From IMG/VR virus record IMGVR_UViG_3300016476_000256, positions 1 through 64,000 of that record: a stretch of 64,000 bases of DNA; one strand, 5' to 3'. Within the stretch, counting starts at the first letter, position 1; the number at the start of each line of letters is the position of its first letter. This document shows positions 10,563 to 19,047 of this stretch, piece by piece. Below the pieces are notes generated by a model. The model did no database searches. It was not told the DNA's origin and saw only the letters and a program-made list of their open reading frames with translations. This stretch comes from a virus. The position numbers and the translations under genes are program-made.

Positions 10563-11059
10563 TAGTTCTTGATGTCTTTGTAAGTGTCTGATACGTCTTT
10601 TAAACCTTTTCTTAATTTCTTTACAGTATCACAAGTTTTTCTAAGTACATTGTTTCCAGTAATATCAAACCAGTTTTCATTAATAGAAGCTAGTTCTATA
10701 ATTGAGAATATACCCAGTAAAATATTAGTTAAAATAGCTGGTACAGAAATTACAAAAGAAAAACCTAAGAAGTCAAGTAAGCTATTTGCAAATGGAGTTA
10801 ATGCATAATAGTCTAATGGAAATACTACACCTGCTGTAATATAATATCCTAGAGCTTTATACACATATCCTTGTCTAAGTATTCTAGATTTAAATACATC
10901 TCTGTACTTTCTATTACTTTCCTTAGCTATTTTTCTAAGTGAAATTAATTTAACTACAGTGTCCACAAAGATAATGAACATTAAAACAAGGACCATAATT
11001 TCGATTGGTGCAAAGAAAGAAGAGATTGCCAAGATTCCTAAAGTTAGATTTGTTTTCAT
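10562..11059 (-). CDS. holin candidate (multi-pass membrane protein)
   Basis: 165 aa with 3-4 hydrophobic helices and a charged C-terminus. Its stop overlaps the endolysin start by 1 nt. Confidence 0.55.
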   Translation of the reverse strand: MKTNLTLGILAISSFFAPIEIMVLVLMFIIFVDTVVKLISLRKIAKESNRKYRDVFKSRILRQGYVYKALGYYITAGVVFPLDYYALTPFANSLLDFLGFSFVISVPAILTNILLGIFSIIELASINENWFDITGNNVLRKTCDTVKKLRKGLKDVSDTYKDIKN

Positions 11060-11544
11060 ATTGTAGGTATTTGAGCTTTAATCAGACGGTATATAATATA
11101 TAATATAATAATTATTAACCATATACCACCCAACCATGCTAGGAAGTTGACCCAACCCGGGATGTATTTTATTTTTTGTGGCTTTTGAGTTTTTGTAACA
11201 AGTTTGGTTTTGTAAATTGTATTGCCCTTGATAGTTCTATAAATAGTATCTGTCTTTGCAATTACTTTATATTTATTATTTCTTATACGAGATTGTAACT
11301 TAATAATAGTCCCATCTTTTTCTGCTAGTCTAGATGCATATACATTACCTAATGAATCACAGAATAATGTATCTTCTATAAATACAGTTTCTCCTGGGAT
11401 ATTGATTGTAGTATCTCTAATTTGTGTTATAGTTACTACACTATCTTTTTGTGTACACAGTGGACAGTACTTAGCCAGTCTTCTCTCTAATGAACAAGAA
11501 GTAATAAATACTAACAGCAATGAAAGTATAAATACTCTTTTCAT
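11056..11544 (-). CDS. unimolecular spanin (u-spanin) candidate
   Basis: N-terminal lipoprotein signal with lipobox (LLLVFITSC). Single C-terminal TM helix (WVNFLAWLGGIWLIIIILYIIY). ATGA overlap with the holin gene. Confidence 0.5.
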   Translation of the reverse strand: MKRVFILSLLLVFITSCSLERRLAKYCPLCTQKDSVVTITQIRDTTINIPGETVFIEDTLFCDSLGNVYASRLAEKDGTIIKLQSRIRNNKYKVIAKTDTIYRTIKGNTIYKTKLVTKTQKPQKIKYIPGWVNFLAWLGGIWLIIIILYIIYRLIKAQIPTI

Positions 11545-11804
11545 TATAAAGTTGCAAAAGTTAAAAATGCTGCATATGTATTTGTTGATCCATCAAAAAA
11601 TACACTCTGAGAAATTAAATATGAATCTGGAGCATTTGCAAATTCCGCATTAATTAAAGACTCTAATGTTGATGCTGATAAATCAGACAAGTAAAGAGTT
11701 CTTAAGTTTCTATATTGCGGTAATGAAAGGCCTTGTAAAGTCTTTAATTGAAAAGGAAAGTTATTTCCTTTATTTCCGTAATCTTTTAAATTTCCTATTG
11801 ACAT
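11544..11804 (-). CDS. hypothetical protein
   Basis: 86-aa ORF between the fibre cassette and the lysis cassette. Confidence 0.55.
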   Translation of the reverse strand: MSIGNLKDYGNKGNNFPFQLKTLQGLSLPQYRNLRTLYLSDLSASTLESLINAEFANAPDSYLISQSVFFDGSTNTYAAFLTFATL

Positions 11805-11815
11805 AATTTATTATT

Positions 11816-12523
11816 TTAATATAGTTTATGAAGAACAAACAAATCTGTATACACACTATCTGAAGCACTTGCTTGTCCCCATTGTGCAGTAACATCTAAT
11901 GTGTTATTTATTGTAGTATCAAATGTTGTGTTATTTACAGTATTAAATCCTGTTCCTTCAAATGAAGTACTTGCGTTCTTTGTATAAGAATATATACCTC
12001 CAGAAACAATAGATGCTACCCCAGCAGCTCCTAAAGATTTAATAGTAAAATACACATTGATCTCAAAAGGTCTATTTGTTGAATTTCCAAGAGTTATTAC
12101 TCCAGTATCTGCAAGCAATACAGAACCACTTTTAATTCTAATTCTAATAGTATGATTATTAGCAGTTGACATCATACCAATTAATTTAGCATGAAAAGAA
12201 TCTCCAACTTGAAATCCATTTGCTGGAACTGACAATGATCCAACTCCAGTTCCAGTTATACTAGTTTCAGTAGTTGTATTTGTAACAGGAACACTATTTA
12301 CTGTTTGTGCAAATAAACCTGTACCAACTGGTGGTGGAGGTGGAAGCAGTGTTGCAATAGTATTTGCAAAATCCTGAATAGTCATACCATATGTTTGGTA
12401 ACTATCACCTCTTTGTATAGGACCAACATCAGCACCTAATGCAATAATATCTGTATTAGTATTATTAGCTGTAGGTCTAATTAACTCGTTAGTCTTAAGA
12501 TATATCCAGTTTAAAATATCCAT
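11816..12523 (-). CDS. tail fibre/receptor-binding protein paralog (divergent anchor module)
   Basis: Starts MDILNWIYLK...MTIQDF, related to the MDILNFISWI...TVQDF module of three upstream genes. PPPPP linker, then a T/N/S-rich beta-type C-terminus. Confidence 0.55.
   Translation of the reverse strand: MDILNWIYLKTNELIRPTANNTNTDIIALGADVGPIQRGDSYQTYGMTIQDFANTIATLLPPPPPVGTGLFAQTVNSVPVTNTTTETSITGTGVGSLSVPANGFQVGDSFHAKLIGMMSTANNHTIRIRIKSGSVLLADTGVITLGNSTNRPFEINVYFTIKSLGAAGVASIVSGGIYSYTKNASTSFEGTGFNTVNNTTFDTTINNTLDVTAQWGQASASDSVYTDLFVLHKLY
12374..12523 (-). repeat. anchor-module repeat, divergent copy
   Basis: The first ~50 codons of 11816..12523 share MDILN.I and M/TxQDF with the other copies. 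Confidence 0.5.
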
Positions 12524-12525
12524 GA

Positions 12526-12648
12526 TTATTTCTTAAGTGTCTCTAAAAACTTTTCATATACTGCAATTGCAGTAGCATCATTATCATTAAGATATGCGTA
12601 TGTTCTTTTTAATCTTTCTAAAAAAAGTTCTAAACTAAAATTTTTCAT
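12526..12648 (-). CDS. small ORF (40 aa), possible fibre accessory protein
   Basis: Hand-translated as MKNFSLELFLERLKRTYAYLNDNDATAIAVYEKFLETLKK. It exactly fills the gap between two fibre genes, with 2 nt on each side. Confidence 0.4.
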   Translation of the reverse strand: MKNFSLELFLERLKRTYAYLNDNDATAIAVYEKFLETLKK

Positions 12649-12650
12649 AA

Positions 12651-13163
12651 CTAGTTATATTTACGGATTGTTAATACACAAGGAAAACCAAAACTTAAAT
12701 CAGCACCTATTACATTATCTGCTGGTACACCATTTAAAAATGATTGAATAAACATTGCAGGTGGAAAAACAGCATATGCTTCAATTGTAATTAAATCTCC
12801 ACTTATAGGATCTGTAAAACCAGATGAAATAGTTATGTATTCATTTGGAGAATCAAATATATTTTTATCAAAAGTAACTGCATAACCACCAACTCCAGCA
12901 TAAAAAAATGTTGGATTAACATCTAATGTATTTTTTAATACAACTACTGTAGGGTCATTTATTCCTCTTTGTGTAATTAATACAGTGTATTCTTTATACC
13001 CATTAACTGTAGGTTCAAAGTTTTCTACTGTCATTGCACCAGGCAAATACTGATCATCTCTACGCTCATCTTTAAGACCAAGTGGAATTAAAGTTTTTTT
13101 GCGGTCTGCTGTAGTTGCATATCCTTTACCTTTAATCCAGGAGATAAAATTTAAAATATCCAT
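12651..13163 (-). CDS. tail fibre/receptor-binding protein paralog
   Basis: 170 aa. N-terminus is MDILNFISWIKGKGYATTADRKKTLIPLGLKDERRDDQYLPGAMTVENF (shared anchor module). Unique C-terminus. Confidence 0.6.
   Translation of the reverse strand: MDILNFISWIKGKGYATTADRKKTLIPLGLKDERRDDQYLPGAMTVENFEPTVNGYKEYTVLITQRGINDPTVVVLKNTLDVNPTFFYAGVGGYAVTFDKNIFDSPNEYITISSGFTDPISGDLITIEAYAVFPPAMFIQSFLNGVPADNVIGADLSFGFPCVLTIRKYN
13014..13163 (-). repeat. anchor-module repeat
   Basis: First ~50 codons conserved with the copies at 14024..14173 and 15456..15605. Confidence 0.7.
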
Positions 13164-13183
13164 GACTTTATTTATTTTATTTA

Positions 13184-14173
13184 TTAAATTCTTGTTACCG
13201 ATAAATACCTTGCAGCAATACTAGTTGTTCCACCAATAGATTCTACAACAACTACTATATAAGTATTTAAAGACCAGTTTATAGTTCCACCTGACATTGC
13301 ATTATCAAATATTCCTGAGTTATAAGTTACACCAGTATTACTTCCAATTCCTGAATCAGAAAATCCAGTATTTGGATTTGATCCATTATTTAAAAATTGA
13401 ACAGTATTATTTGTAAACCAAATGTCTTTTTCAATTTTAATTGCCCTTTGATTAACTCCACTCGTTGTTGTTTCTGCATCAGCAATTAATGTGGCTCCAA
13501 CAGTTCCATATGCAGCTCCTTGTGTAGGAGCAGTATTAGAAATATATACTCTTACTCGCATGGTTGTTGCAGAAGCAAGTTTTTGCAAAGCTGTTTTTAC
13601 ACAAAAAATTGGCCAAGAAGTATTGTTATAAGTATTGGCTGGAATAGTAGAAAAAGTTACTACTAAAGGTGTTGTGTCAACTGAAACAAGACCTGAAGGA
13701 ACTTTACTAAAACTTGGAGTTGCTGTTCCAGATGGCCCAACTGGACCTTGAATTCCTTGAGGACCCTGTGGACCAGTTGCTCCTTGAGAAGCTAATAATG
13801 CCCAGCTAGTTGGATCTGCAGGAGGATTAGCTCCACCTGGTCCAACATTATTAATACAAAACCAAGAAGCCCCAGCATAGCCTACTGCATCATCTACTAC
13901 ATAAGTACCTGCTGCTGACCATGCACCTTGCCAATTAAGGCCTGCTGGTCCTACTGGTCCTGGGACACCTTGTGGTCCTATTGGTCCTTGTGCACCAGCT
14001 GGTATACTTGCTGCAACTTGTGTTGTAAAATCTTGTACTGTAATAGCACCTGTTAAATATTCATCATCTCTTCTATCATCTTGAAGAGCCACAGGTAGCA
14101 ATGTTTTATTAGGGTCAACAGAATTTACAATTCTGCGACCTCTAATCCATGATATAAAATTTAAAATATCCAT
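13184..14173 (-). CDS. collagen-like tail fibre protein
   Basis: Shared anchor module, then two Gly-X-Y runs: GAQGPIGPQGVPGPVGPAG (about 13940-13999) and GATGPQGPQGIQGPVGPSG (about 13727-13783). Unique C-terminal domain. Confidence 0.75.
   Translation of the reverse strand: MDILNFISWIRGRRIVNSVDPNKTLLPVALQDDRRDDEYLTGAITVQDFTTQVAASIPAGAQGPIGPQGVPGPVGPAGLNWQGAWSAAGTYVVDDAVGYAGASWFCINNVGPGGANPPADPTSWALLASQGATGPQGPQGIQGPVGPSGTATPSFSKVPSGLVSVDTTPLVVTFSTIPANTYNNTSWPIFCVKTALQKLASATTMRVRVYISNTAPTQGAAYGTVGATLIADAETTTSGVNQRAIKIEKDIWFTNNTVQFLNNGSNPNTGFSDSGIGSNTGVTYNSGIFDNAMSGGTINWSLNTYIVVVVESIGGTTSIAARYLSVTRI
14024..14173 (-). repeat. anchor-module repeat
   Basis: MDILNFISWIRGRRIVNSVDPNKTLLPVALQDDRRDDEYLTGAITVQDF. 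Confidence 0.7.
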
Positions 14174-14175
14174 GA

Positions 14176-15264
14176 TTATTTATTATTTGCTTTTAATGTT
14201 TCTAGTTCTTCTTTTAAAGATTTAACTTCTGAACTTAACTCTTGAATAGCTTTAACTAATACAGGTAATAATTTACCGTAAGATGCTTCTAGTTTTTCAG
14301 GGTTTTCTTCATAAACTAAACCAAGGTAACTTGCATTTGCTTCTTCTTGTGATGCTTTTAGATCTTGAGCAATAAACCCAAAATCTTCTACATCATGCTT
14401 ACCTTCCTCATTTCTATCATCCCAGGTAAACTTAACAGGCTTTAATTTTTCTACAAACTCTAATCCTACTGGTAGTTCTTCTATTTCTTTTTTATCTCTA
14501 GCATCCGAAAGAGATGTAATTGTGGTTACAGCACATCTTAAAACATTATTTGAACTATTACCAAGAGTAATTGAGTTACTAGCACTATCACTTGCTTTTG
14601 TAGCATTTCTACCTATTACAATATTATTAGATCCTGTTTGCAGATTAAAATAAGGATTTGCTGCATCATATGCTCCAATGATAACATTGCTATCTCCCCC
14701 ACCATAATTAAGACAGGCATTAGTACCTAACCAAACATTATTATTACCAGATCCTCCAGTACCAACACCTGTTGTTCTTGAACCTAAAGCTGTATTATTA
14801 TTGCCAGAATTAAATTGTTGACCTGAACCATATCCAATAAACGTATTAAAATCACCAGAAAGAAGCTGGTCACCAGCTGCCAATCCTAATCCTGAATTGC
14901 CTTGTGTAGCTGTATTTAGATTTCCAAGAGCAAAAGTTCCAACTGCAGTATTACCATAACTAACTCCATTAATAGCAGCCAATGCACTTCTTCCAATTGC
15001 TACATCATTTACACCATCTCCAGCTTTATAAGCATCATATCCAACAGCAGTAGCTGCAATTCCAACGGTTGATAATTGCATTGCATTTACACCTACTACA
15101 GTATTTAATGTACCCATTTGTGGATTAATTCCACCAACAATTGACTGTCCTGCATTGTCTCCAATAATAGTATTATTAACAAGTGGATTTACAATTTCTA
15201 TCCCGTTTGCTGTTAGTACTGTTCCTGATTGAGGAAGTATTATATCTACATTAATTTGACTCAT
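14176..15264 (-). CDS. tail fibre with C-terminal intramolecular chaperone (peptidase S74-type) domain
   Basis: The C-terminal ~114 aa (14176-14520) read ITSLSDARDKKEIEEL...FGFIAQDL...LLPVLVKAIQEL plus a coiled tail. This matches the S74 auto-cleaving chaperone signature. Start moved to MSQINV (15264) because that ATG overlaps the upstream stop as ATGA. Confidence 0.8.
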   Translation of the reverse strand: MSQINVDIILPQSGTVLTANGIEIVNPLVNNTIIGDNAGQSIVGGINPQMGTLNTVVGVNAMQLSTVGIAATAVGYDAYKAGDGVNDVAIGRSALAAINGVSYGNTAVGTFALGNLNTATQGNSGLGLAAGDQLLSGDFNTFIGYGSGQQFNSGNNNTALGSRTTGVGTGGSGNNNVWLGTNACLNYGGGDSNVIIGAYDAANPYFNLQTGSNNIVIGRNATKASDSASNSITLGNSSNNVLRCAVTTITSLSDARDKKEIEELPVGLEFVEKLKPVKFTWDDRNEEGKHDVEDFGFIAQDLKASQEEANASYLGLVYEENPEKLEASYGKLLPVLVKAIQELSSEVKSLKEELETLKANNK

Positions 15265-15605
15265 GGTATTATTGTTAAGGTTGTTCCTACTGGAATGGTT
15301 AAAGTTTTCCCTACGCACATTGCTAGGGGTGATTTATATGTTAAATTGGAATTAGCAGGTAATGTAAGATTTTCATTAATACATCCTACTACTGTAAAGC
15401 CGTTAGCCCAAATAGATGAGGTAACAGCTGGACCTGGAGGTGTAGGAATTTGTGCAATGAAATCTTGAACAGTCATAGTGACTGGTACATAATCATCGTC
15501 TCTCCTATTAGTTTTTAAACCAAGAGGTAATAATGTTTTATTAGGGTCAGCAGTAGTAACAATTCTACTACCCTTAATCCAACTAATAAAATTTAAGATA
15601 TCCAT
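15261..15605 (-). CDS. anchor-module protein (114 aa), possible adaptor for the S74 fibre
   Basis: MDILNFISWIKGSRIVTTADPNKTLLPLGLKTNRRDDDYVPVTMTVQDF plus only ~65 further residues. Its TGA overlaps the ATG of the next fibre gene. Confidence 0.6.
   Translation of the reverse strand: MDILNFISWIKGSRIVTTADPNKTLLPLGLKTNRRDDDYVPVTMTVQDFIAQIPTPPGPAVTSSIWANGFTVVGCINENLTLPANSNLTYKSPLAMCVGKTLTIPVGTTLTIIP
15456..15605 (-). repeat. anchor-module repeat
   Basis: First ~50 codons conserved with the other fibre paralogs. Confidence 0.7.
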
Positions 15606-15665
15606 TTCTAAATAATTATATACTATATCTATAATATAATGAAAATTATTTAGATAACAAACTAA

Positions 15666-15800
15666 TTAAGATATTATATCTCCAATTTCTAATGTGTCAG
15701 AAATGATATAGGTTATTTCAGATAACATGTGCATATTATCTTCTTCAATTACAATTATATTCTCTACAATATTATCTACTATTATTGCTACGCGTATCAT
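15666..15800 (-). CDS. small ORF (44 aa)
   Basis: Hand-translated as MIRVAIIVDNIVENIIVIEEDNMHMLSEITYIISDTLEIGDIIS. Its ATG overlaps the TAA of the upstream fibre gene (TAATG). Confidence 0.35.
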   Translation of the reverse strand: MIRVAIIVDNIVENIIVIEEDNMHMLSEITYIISDTLEIGDIIS

Positions 15801-17449
15801 TAGAAATATGTTATAATTACACAATAACCATTACCTCCTGTACCACCAGCTCCTGATGCAGCTCCATTTGTAGATGCTCCTCCACCCCCACCTCCAGCAC
15901 ATATACCACCATTACCACCTCTTCCCCCAGCTATTGTTCCTGCTGCATCTCCTGATGCTCCACCTGCTCCCCCAGATGATAATACAGCAAAGTTTGCATC
16001 TGTTAATGAAAATGTACCATTTGCACCAACAGCACCTGCTGCTACTCCACCGGATGTAGTATAAAACAATGTAGCTAAATCCATTTTTCTATTTTGAATA
16101 GAAGAACCTGAGTATCTATTATTTGCTGTATCTATTCCACCACCATATACACCACATGAGATTGGCCTAACATTCAGTATGTTAGTAGTAGTAAAACCAT
16201 TTGCACTAAATGATCCTGTACCATAAGCATTAACACCATATACGCCATAGATAAGTTGTGCTGCTGATTGACCACTACTATTTGCAACGTTAGTTCCACC
16301 AAAACCACTTCCCCCACCTGGAGCTATTATCTTAGCAGTTGCTGCATTTCCAGTTCCACCCAAATATGAAGCACCTCCAACACTACCTGCAGAACCATTT
16401 GTATTATCTACAGTAACACCATTTGCACCATTTCCTCCAGTACCAATCCAAATATTTTCTGTAGCAGATAATACTGAAGCATCCATTTTATTAATTACAA
16501 CAGAACCAGTAGCTGCCCCACCACCACCATATCTCCCTGTTGTTGCAGCACCTCTTCTACCTGCGCCACCACCACCTCCTGCACCAAATATAAATACTTC
16601 TACTACTGTTGCATTTGCAGGTTTAGTCCATACTCCACTTGATGTAAACGTCTGTATATTAACTGGTGTTCCACCACTACTTGCATAATTAGGAATATTT
16701 AAAGTAGAGCCTGTAAGTGTAGCAGCACCTGATGTACCTGTTGTTGTTAAAGTTAATTTAGGTTGATATGTACTAGCAGCTGTTGCTGATGTAAGGTATG
16801 GTGTTAATGCAGAAGAATCAATATAACCAGCGGGGTTTGCTGCATCATATGGTGTATATCCAAGAGCACTTGTAACCATTGACCCAGATATAGAATTTAA
16901 ATATCCTGCAGGGTTACTACTATCATAAGGTGTATAACCTAACGCAGTAACAACATCTGATCCTGTTATACCTGAGATATATGCATTAGGATTTGTAAGT
17001 GGATAATAAGTACTAGCAGCTGCAGATGTAGTTAAATAACCTGAGAGAGCTGCATTTGTAATATATCCAGAAGGATTTGTCAAAGGATAGTAAGTACTAG
17101 CTGCAGTCGCTGAAGTTAAATAAGGAGTAAGTGCTGATGAGTCAATATATCCAGCAGGGTTTGCACTACTATATGGTGTGTATCCCAAAGCAGTTATTAC
17201 ATCAGATGATGTTATGCTTGTAAGATATCCTGCCGGGTTTAAACTTAATGGATAATACTGTAGATCATATACGGGTATACCATTAGACCATGTAACAGAG
17301 GGGTTAGGATAGGTACCAGAAAGATCCCCCCCAGCTGGACCAGAAGGAGTACCTCCCCCTCCTCCACCAGAAGTCTTTGGTTTACCATCTGGACCATTTA
17401 CTTGTAATCCACTTCCAAATACATTTCCATTATTATCAACTACTTGCAT
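15800..17449 (-). CDS. repeat-containing tail fibre with glycine-rich C-terminal domain
   Basis: 549 aa. Internal ALGYTPY / NPAGYI / LTSATAASTY repeats. The C-terminal half is dominated by GG/GxG runs (GGGGGAGRRG, GGRGGNGGICAGGGGGGAS). Confidence 0.65.
   Translation of the reverse strand: MQVVDNNGNVFGSGLQVNGPDGKPKTSGGGGGGTPSGPAGGDLSGTYPNPSVTWSNGIPVYDLQYYPLSLNPAGYLTSITSSDVITALGYTPYSSANPAGYIDSSALTPYLTSATAASTYYPLTNPSGYITNAALSGYLTTSAAASTYYPLTNPNAYISGITGSDVVTALGYTPYDSSNPAGYLNSISGSMVTSALGYTPYDAANPAGYIDSSALTPYLTSATAASTYQPKLTLTTTGTSGAATLTGSTLNIPNYASSGGTPVNIQTFTSSGVWTKPANATVVEVFIFGAGGGGGAGRRGAATTGRYGGGGAATGSVVINKMDASVLSATENIWIGTGGNGANGVTVDNTNGSAGSVGGASYLGGTGNAATAKIIAPGGGSGFGGTNVANSSGQSAAQLIYGVYGVNAYGTGSFSANGFTTTNILNVRPISCGVYGGGIDTANNRYSGSSIQNRKMDLATLFYTTSGGVAAGAVGANGTFSLTDANFAVLSSGGAGGASGDAAGTIAGGRGGNGGICAGGGGGGASTNGAASGAGGTGGNGYCVIITYF
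16760..17254 (-). repeat. intragenic tandem-like peptide repeats
   Basis: Residues ~66-230. The segment IDSSALTPYLTSATAASTY occurs twice and (V/I)TALGYTPY(D/S)..NPAGY(I/L) three times. The DNA copies have diverged at synonymous sites. Confidence 0.7.
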
Positions 17450-17747
17450 AATCTACACCGTATACATAATAAGTTGTTCCTGGGATATTGGAGTATACAA
17501 CTAATTCATCTCCTTCTTTTAGAGCATATATTAAATCATCTGTTACTGTATCTCCTGCTCCTAGTGTTAATTCATATATAACTTCACTAGTAGTAGTAAT
17601 AGCATCATATCTTTCAAGAGTCAGAACATATGGTAAAGCATTGTAAAACCTTAAGGTTGTTATCTTAGTTAATACGGGACTAGCTGTACCTATGTATAGT
17701 ATTGTACCAGCTACATCAACTTCCCCTTGTTTAACAAATTCTGCCAT
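17436..17747 (-). CDS. hypothetical protein (fibre-associated by position)
   Basis: 103-aa ORF overlapping the fibre gene start by 14 nt. First gene after a terminator. Confidence 0.55.
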   Translation of the reverse strand: MAEFVKQGEVDVAGTILYIGTASPVLTKITTLRFYNALPYVLTLERYDAITTTSEVIYELTLGAGDTVTDDLIYALKEGDELVVYSNIPGTTYYVYGVDYASS

Positions 17748-17758
17748 ACACTAATATA

Positions 17759-17788
17759 CAAAAAAATCCCCAGCTTTGCAACTGGGGA
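17759..17788 (-). terminator. intrinsic terminator (minus strand)
   Basis: 7-bp stem 17767-17773/17782-17788 (TCCCCAG/CTGGGGA), followed on the minus strand by TTTTTT. Confidence 0.65.
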
Positions 17789-17829
17789 CCATTTTGCTGT
17801 ATTGCTAGAAACATGGAAAGAAATACAGA

Positions 17830-18021
17830 CTAGAGTAGTAGGCCAATTGTTAGTGCAAGGGCTAACATAACTGCAATGCAAATATTTGCAATTTTGAAAT
17901 CATCTTCATTAATTACATACTGTTGTGATATCTTATCATATACTGGTTTGTATAAGATATGTGCTATTGCCCAAAGCATAGCAATGCATGTAAATAACAC
18001 AATGATCGCAACTATTTTCAT
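17830..18021 (-). CDS. small membrane protein
   Basis: 63 aa with two hydrophobic helices (IVAIIVLFTCIAMLWAI, ICIAVMLALALTIGLLL). Confidence 0.5.
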   Translation of the reverse strand: MKIVAIIVLFTCIAMLWAIAHILYKPVYDKISQQYVINEDDFKIANICIAVMLALALTIGLLL

Positions 18022-18275
18022 TATTTCATTTTTAATAGTTTCTCAGACATAAGTAAAGCTCTTGTCAAGTCACCAATTGTCTGATCAAATAATAAACTCT
18101 TTACTGGAGATCTATTAAGATTATAATTCTCTTTAAGATCTTCAGCTAATTTAGAAAATGTTTTTCTAAGTTCAATAATTTCTTCAGACTCATTAATTTC
18201 TTCTGAGTCTAAACCAACTAAAATATCCCCAAAGGAATAAATCTTAGTTTCTTTAAAAGCTACTTGCTCACTCAT
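18021..18275 (-). CDS. hypothetical protein
   Basis: 84-aa ORF, overlapping start/stop with its neighbours. Confidence 0.55.
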   Translation of the reverse strand: MSEQVAFKETKIYSFGDILVGLDSEEINESEEIIELRKTFSKLAEDLKENYNLNRSPVKSLLFDQTIGDLTRALLMSEKLLKMK

Positions 18276-18580
18276 AATCTATCAATTCTTCTTTGTAAAT
18301 ATACTAAAGCTTTTTGTAAGTCTTCTTTTTTGTTAGAAGTTTTTTTACCAGCTCTTGCTAAATACTTTATAACATTTCCTAGATAAAAGTCTTGATCTAG
18401 TTCCCAAGCTTCGAGTACATTAAATACTTCATAAGTATTTCCTGCACCACCATAATACTTAGGTCTATCAAGATTTACCAATCTATCTGTCAATGGTATC
18501 TGCTTAGATACTATCTTGTCAAATGGTGTTTTCATTTGACGTTGATACATCTCTTCTGATTCTTGTGTAAAGTTTACCAT
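18272..18580 (-). CDS. DUF3310-like protein
   Basis: YEVFNVLEAWELD...GNVIKYLARAGKK...DLQKALVYL matches the DUF3310 pattern as I recall it. Confidence 0.6.
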   Translation of the reverse strand: MVNFTQESEEMYQRQMKTPFDKIVSKQIPLTDRLVNLDRPKYYGGAGNTYEVFNVLEAWELDQDFYLGNVIKYLARAGKKTSNKKEDLQKALVYLQRRIDRL

Positions 18581-19047
18581 ACTATTGCAATATCTCTTTC
18601 AGCAACCATTAACTTTATTCCATCCTCAAGCTCTACTGCTTCAGACGCTTGTAGACCAGTGATTCCCATATACACTTTATCCCCCACCTTTACACTTGAT
18701 ACTTCATCCCCTATGGCATAAACTTCTAGTTTAGTCCATGTCTTTCTCATATCCATTTCAAGTGCAAGCTTGTCAGCTTCACTTAATTCAAATGGAGATT
18801 CTTTTACTTCTGGTTTATTTAATAAAACCCTTTTTCCTTTTAGTTGCATTTTATTGGTTTTTAGTTTTTCAAATAATTCTCTAGCTTGCAGGTTGTCTTC
18901 TGCAAGTGAAGTAGCCTTTTCCCAAAGTACTTTTTCCTCTAGAGTCACAGACAAATATAAACAAAATTTATTTACCTTGCCCTCTATATAACTTTTTATA
19001 TTTCTTACTAGATTTAAGTTGGCTAGTTTTAGTTTTAGCATGTACAC
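18574..19047 (-). CDS. GroES/gp31-like co-chaperonin candidate (start uncertain)
   Basis: The last ~92 aa (from the ATG at 18849) read MQLKGKRVLLNKPEVKES...VYAIGDEV..VKVGDKVY....ELEDGIKLMVAERDIAIVW. They parallel the GroES pattern (RVLV..E...G.V.AVG....VKVGD.V......G..YL...E.DILAV). Confidence 0.45.
   Translation of the reverse strand: MYMLKLKLANLNLVRNIKSYIEGKVNKFCLYLSVTLEEKVLWEKATSLAEDNLQARELFEKLKTNKMQLKGKRVLLNKPEVKESPFELSEADKLALEMDMRKTWTKLEVYAIGDEVSSVKVGDKVYMGITGLQASEAVELEDGIKLMVAERDIAIVW

Noticed and set aside
14176-15318. Long form of the S74 fibre ORF starting at 15318.
   Set aside because: It would overlap the upstream gene by 57 nt and add a poor N-terminus. The internal ATG at 15264 forms an ATGA junction with the upstream stop.
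15874-16059. Plus-strand 61-aa ORF rich in His/Leu/Gln.
   Set aside because: It is the antisense of the GGN-rich coding repeats of the fibre gene. Its composition is a repeat artefact.
11816-17449. Diversity-generating retroelement acting on the fibre genes.
   Set aside because: There is no reverse transcriptase ORF and no template/variable repeat pair with adenine-specific differences. The repeats are N-terminal anchor modules and in-frame peptide repeats.
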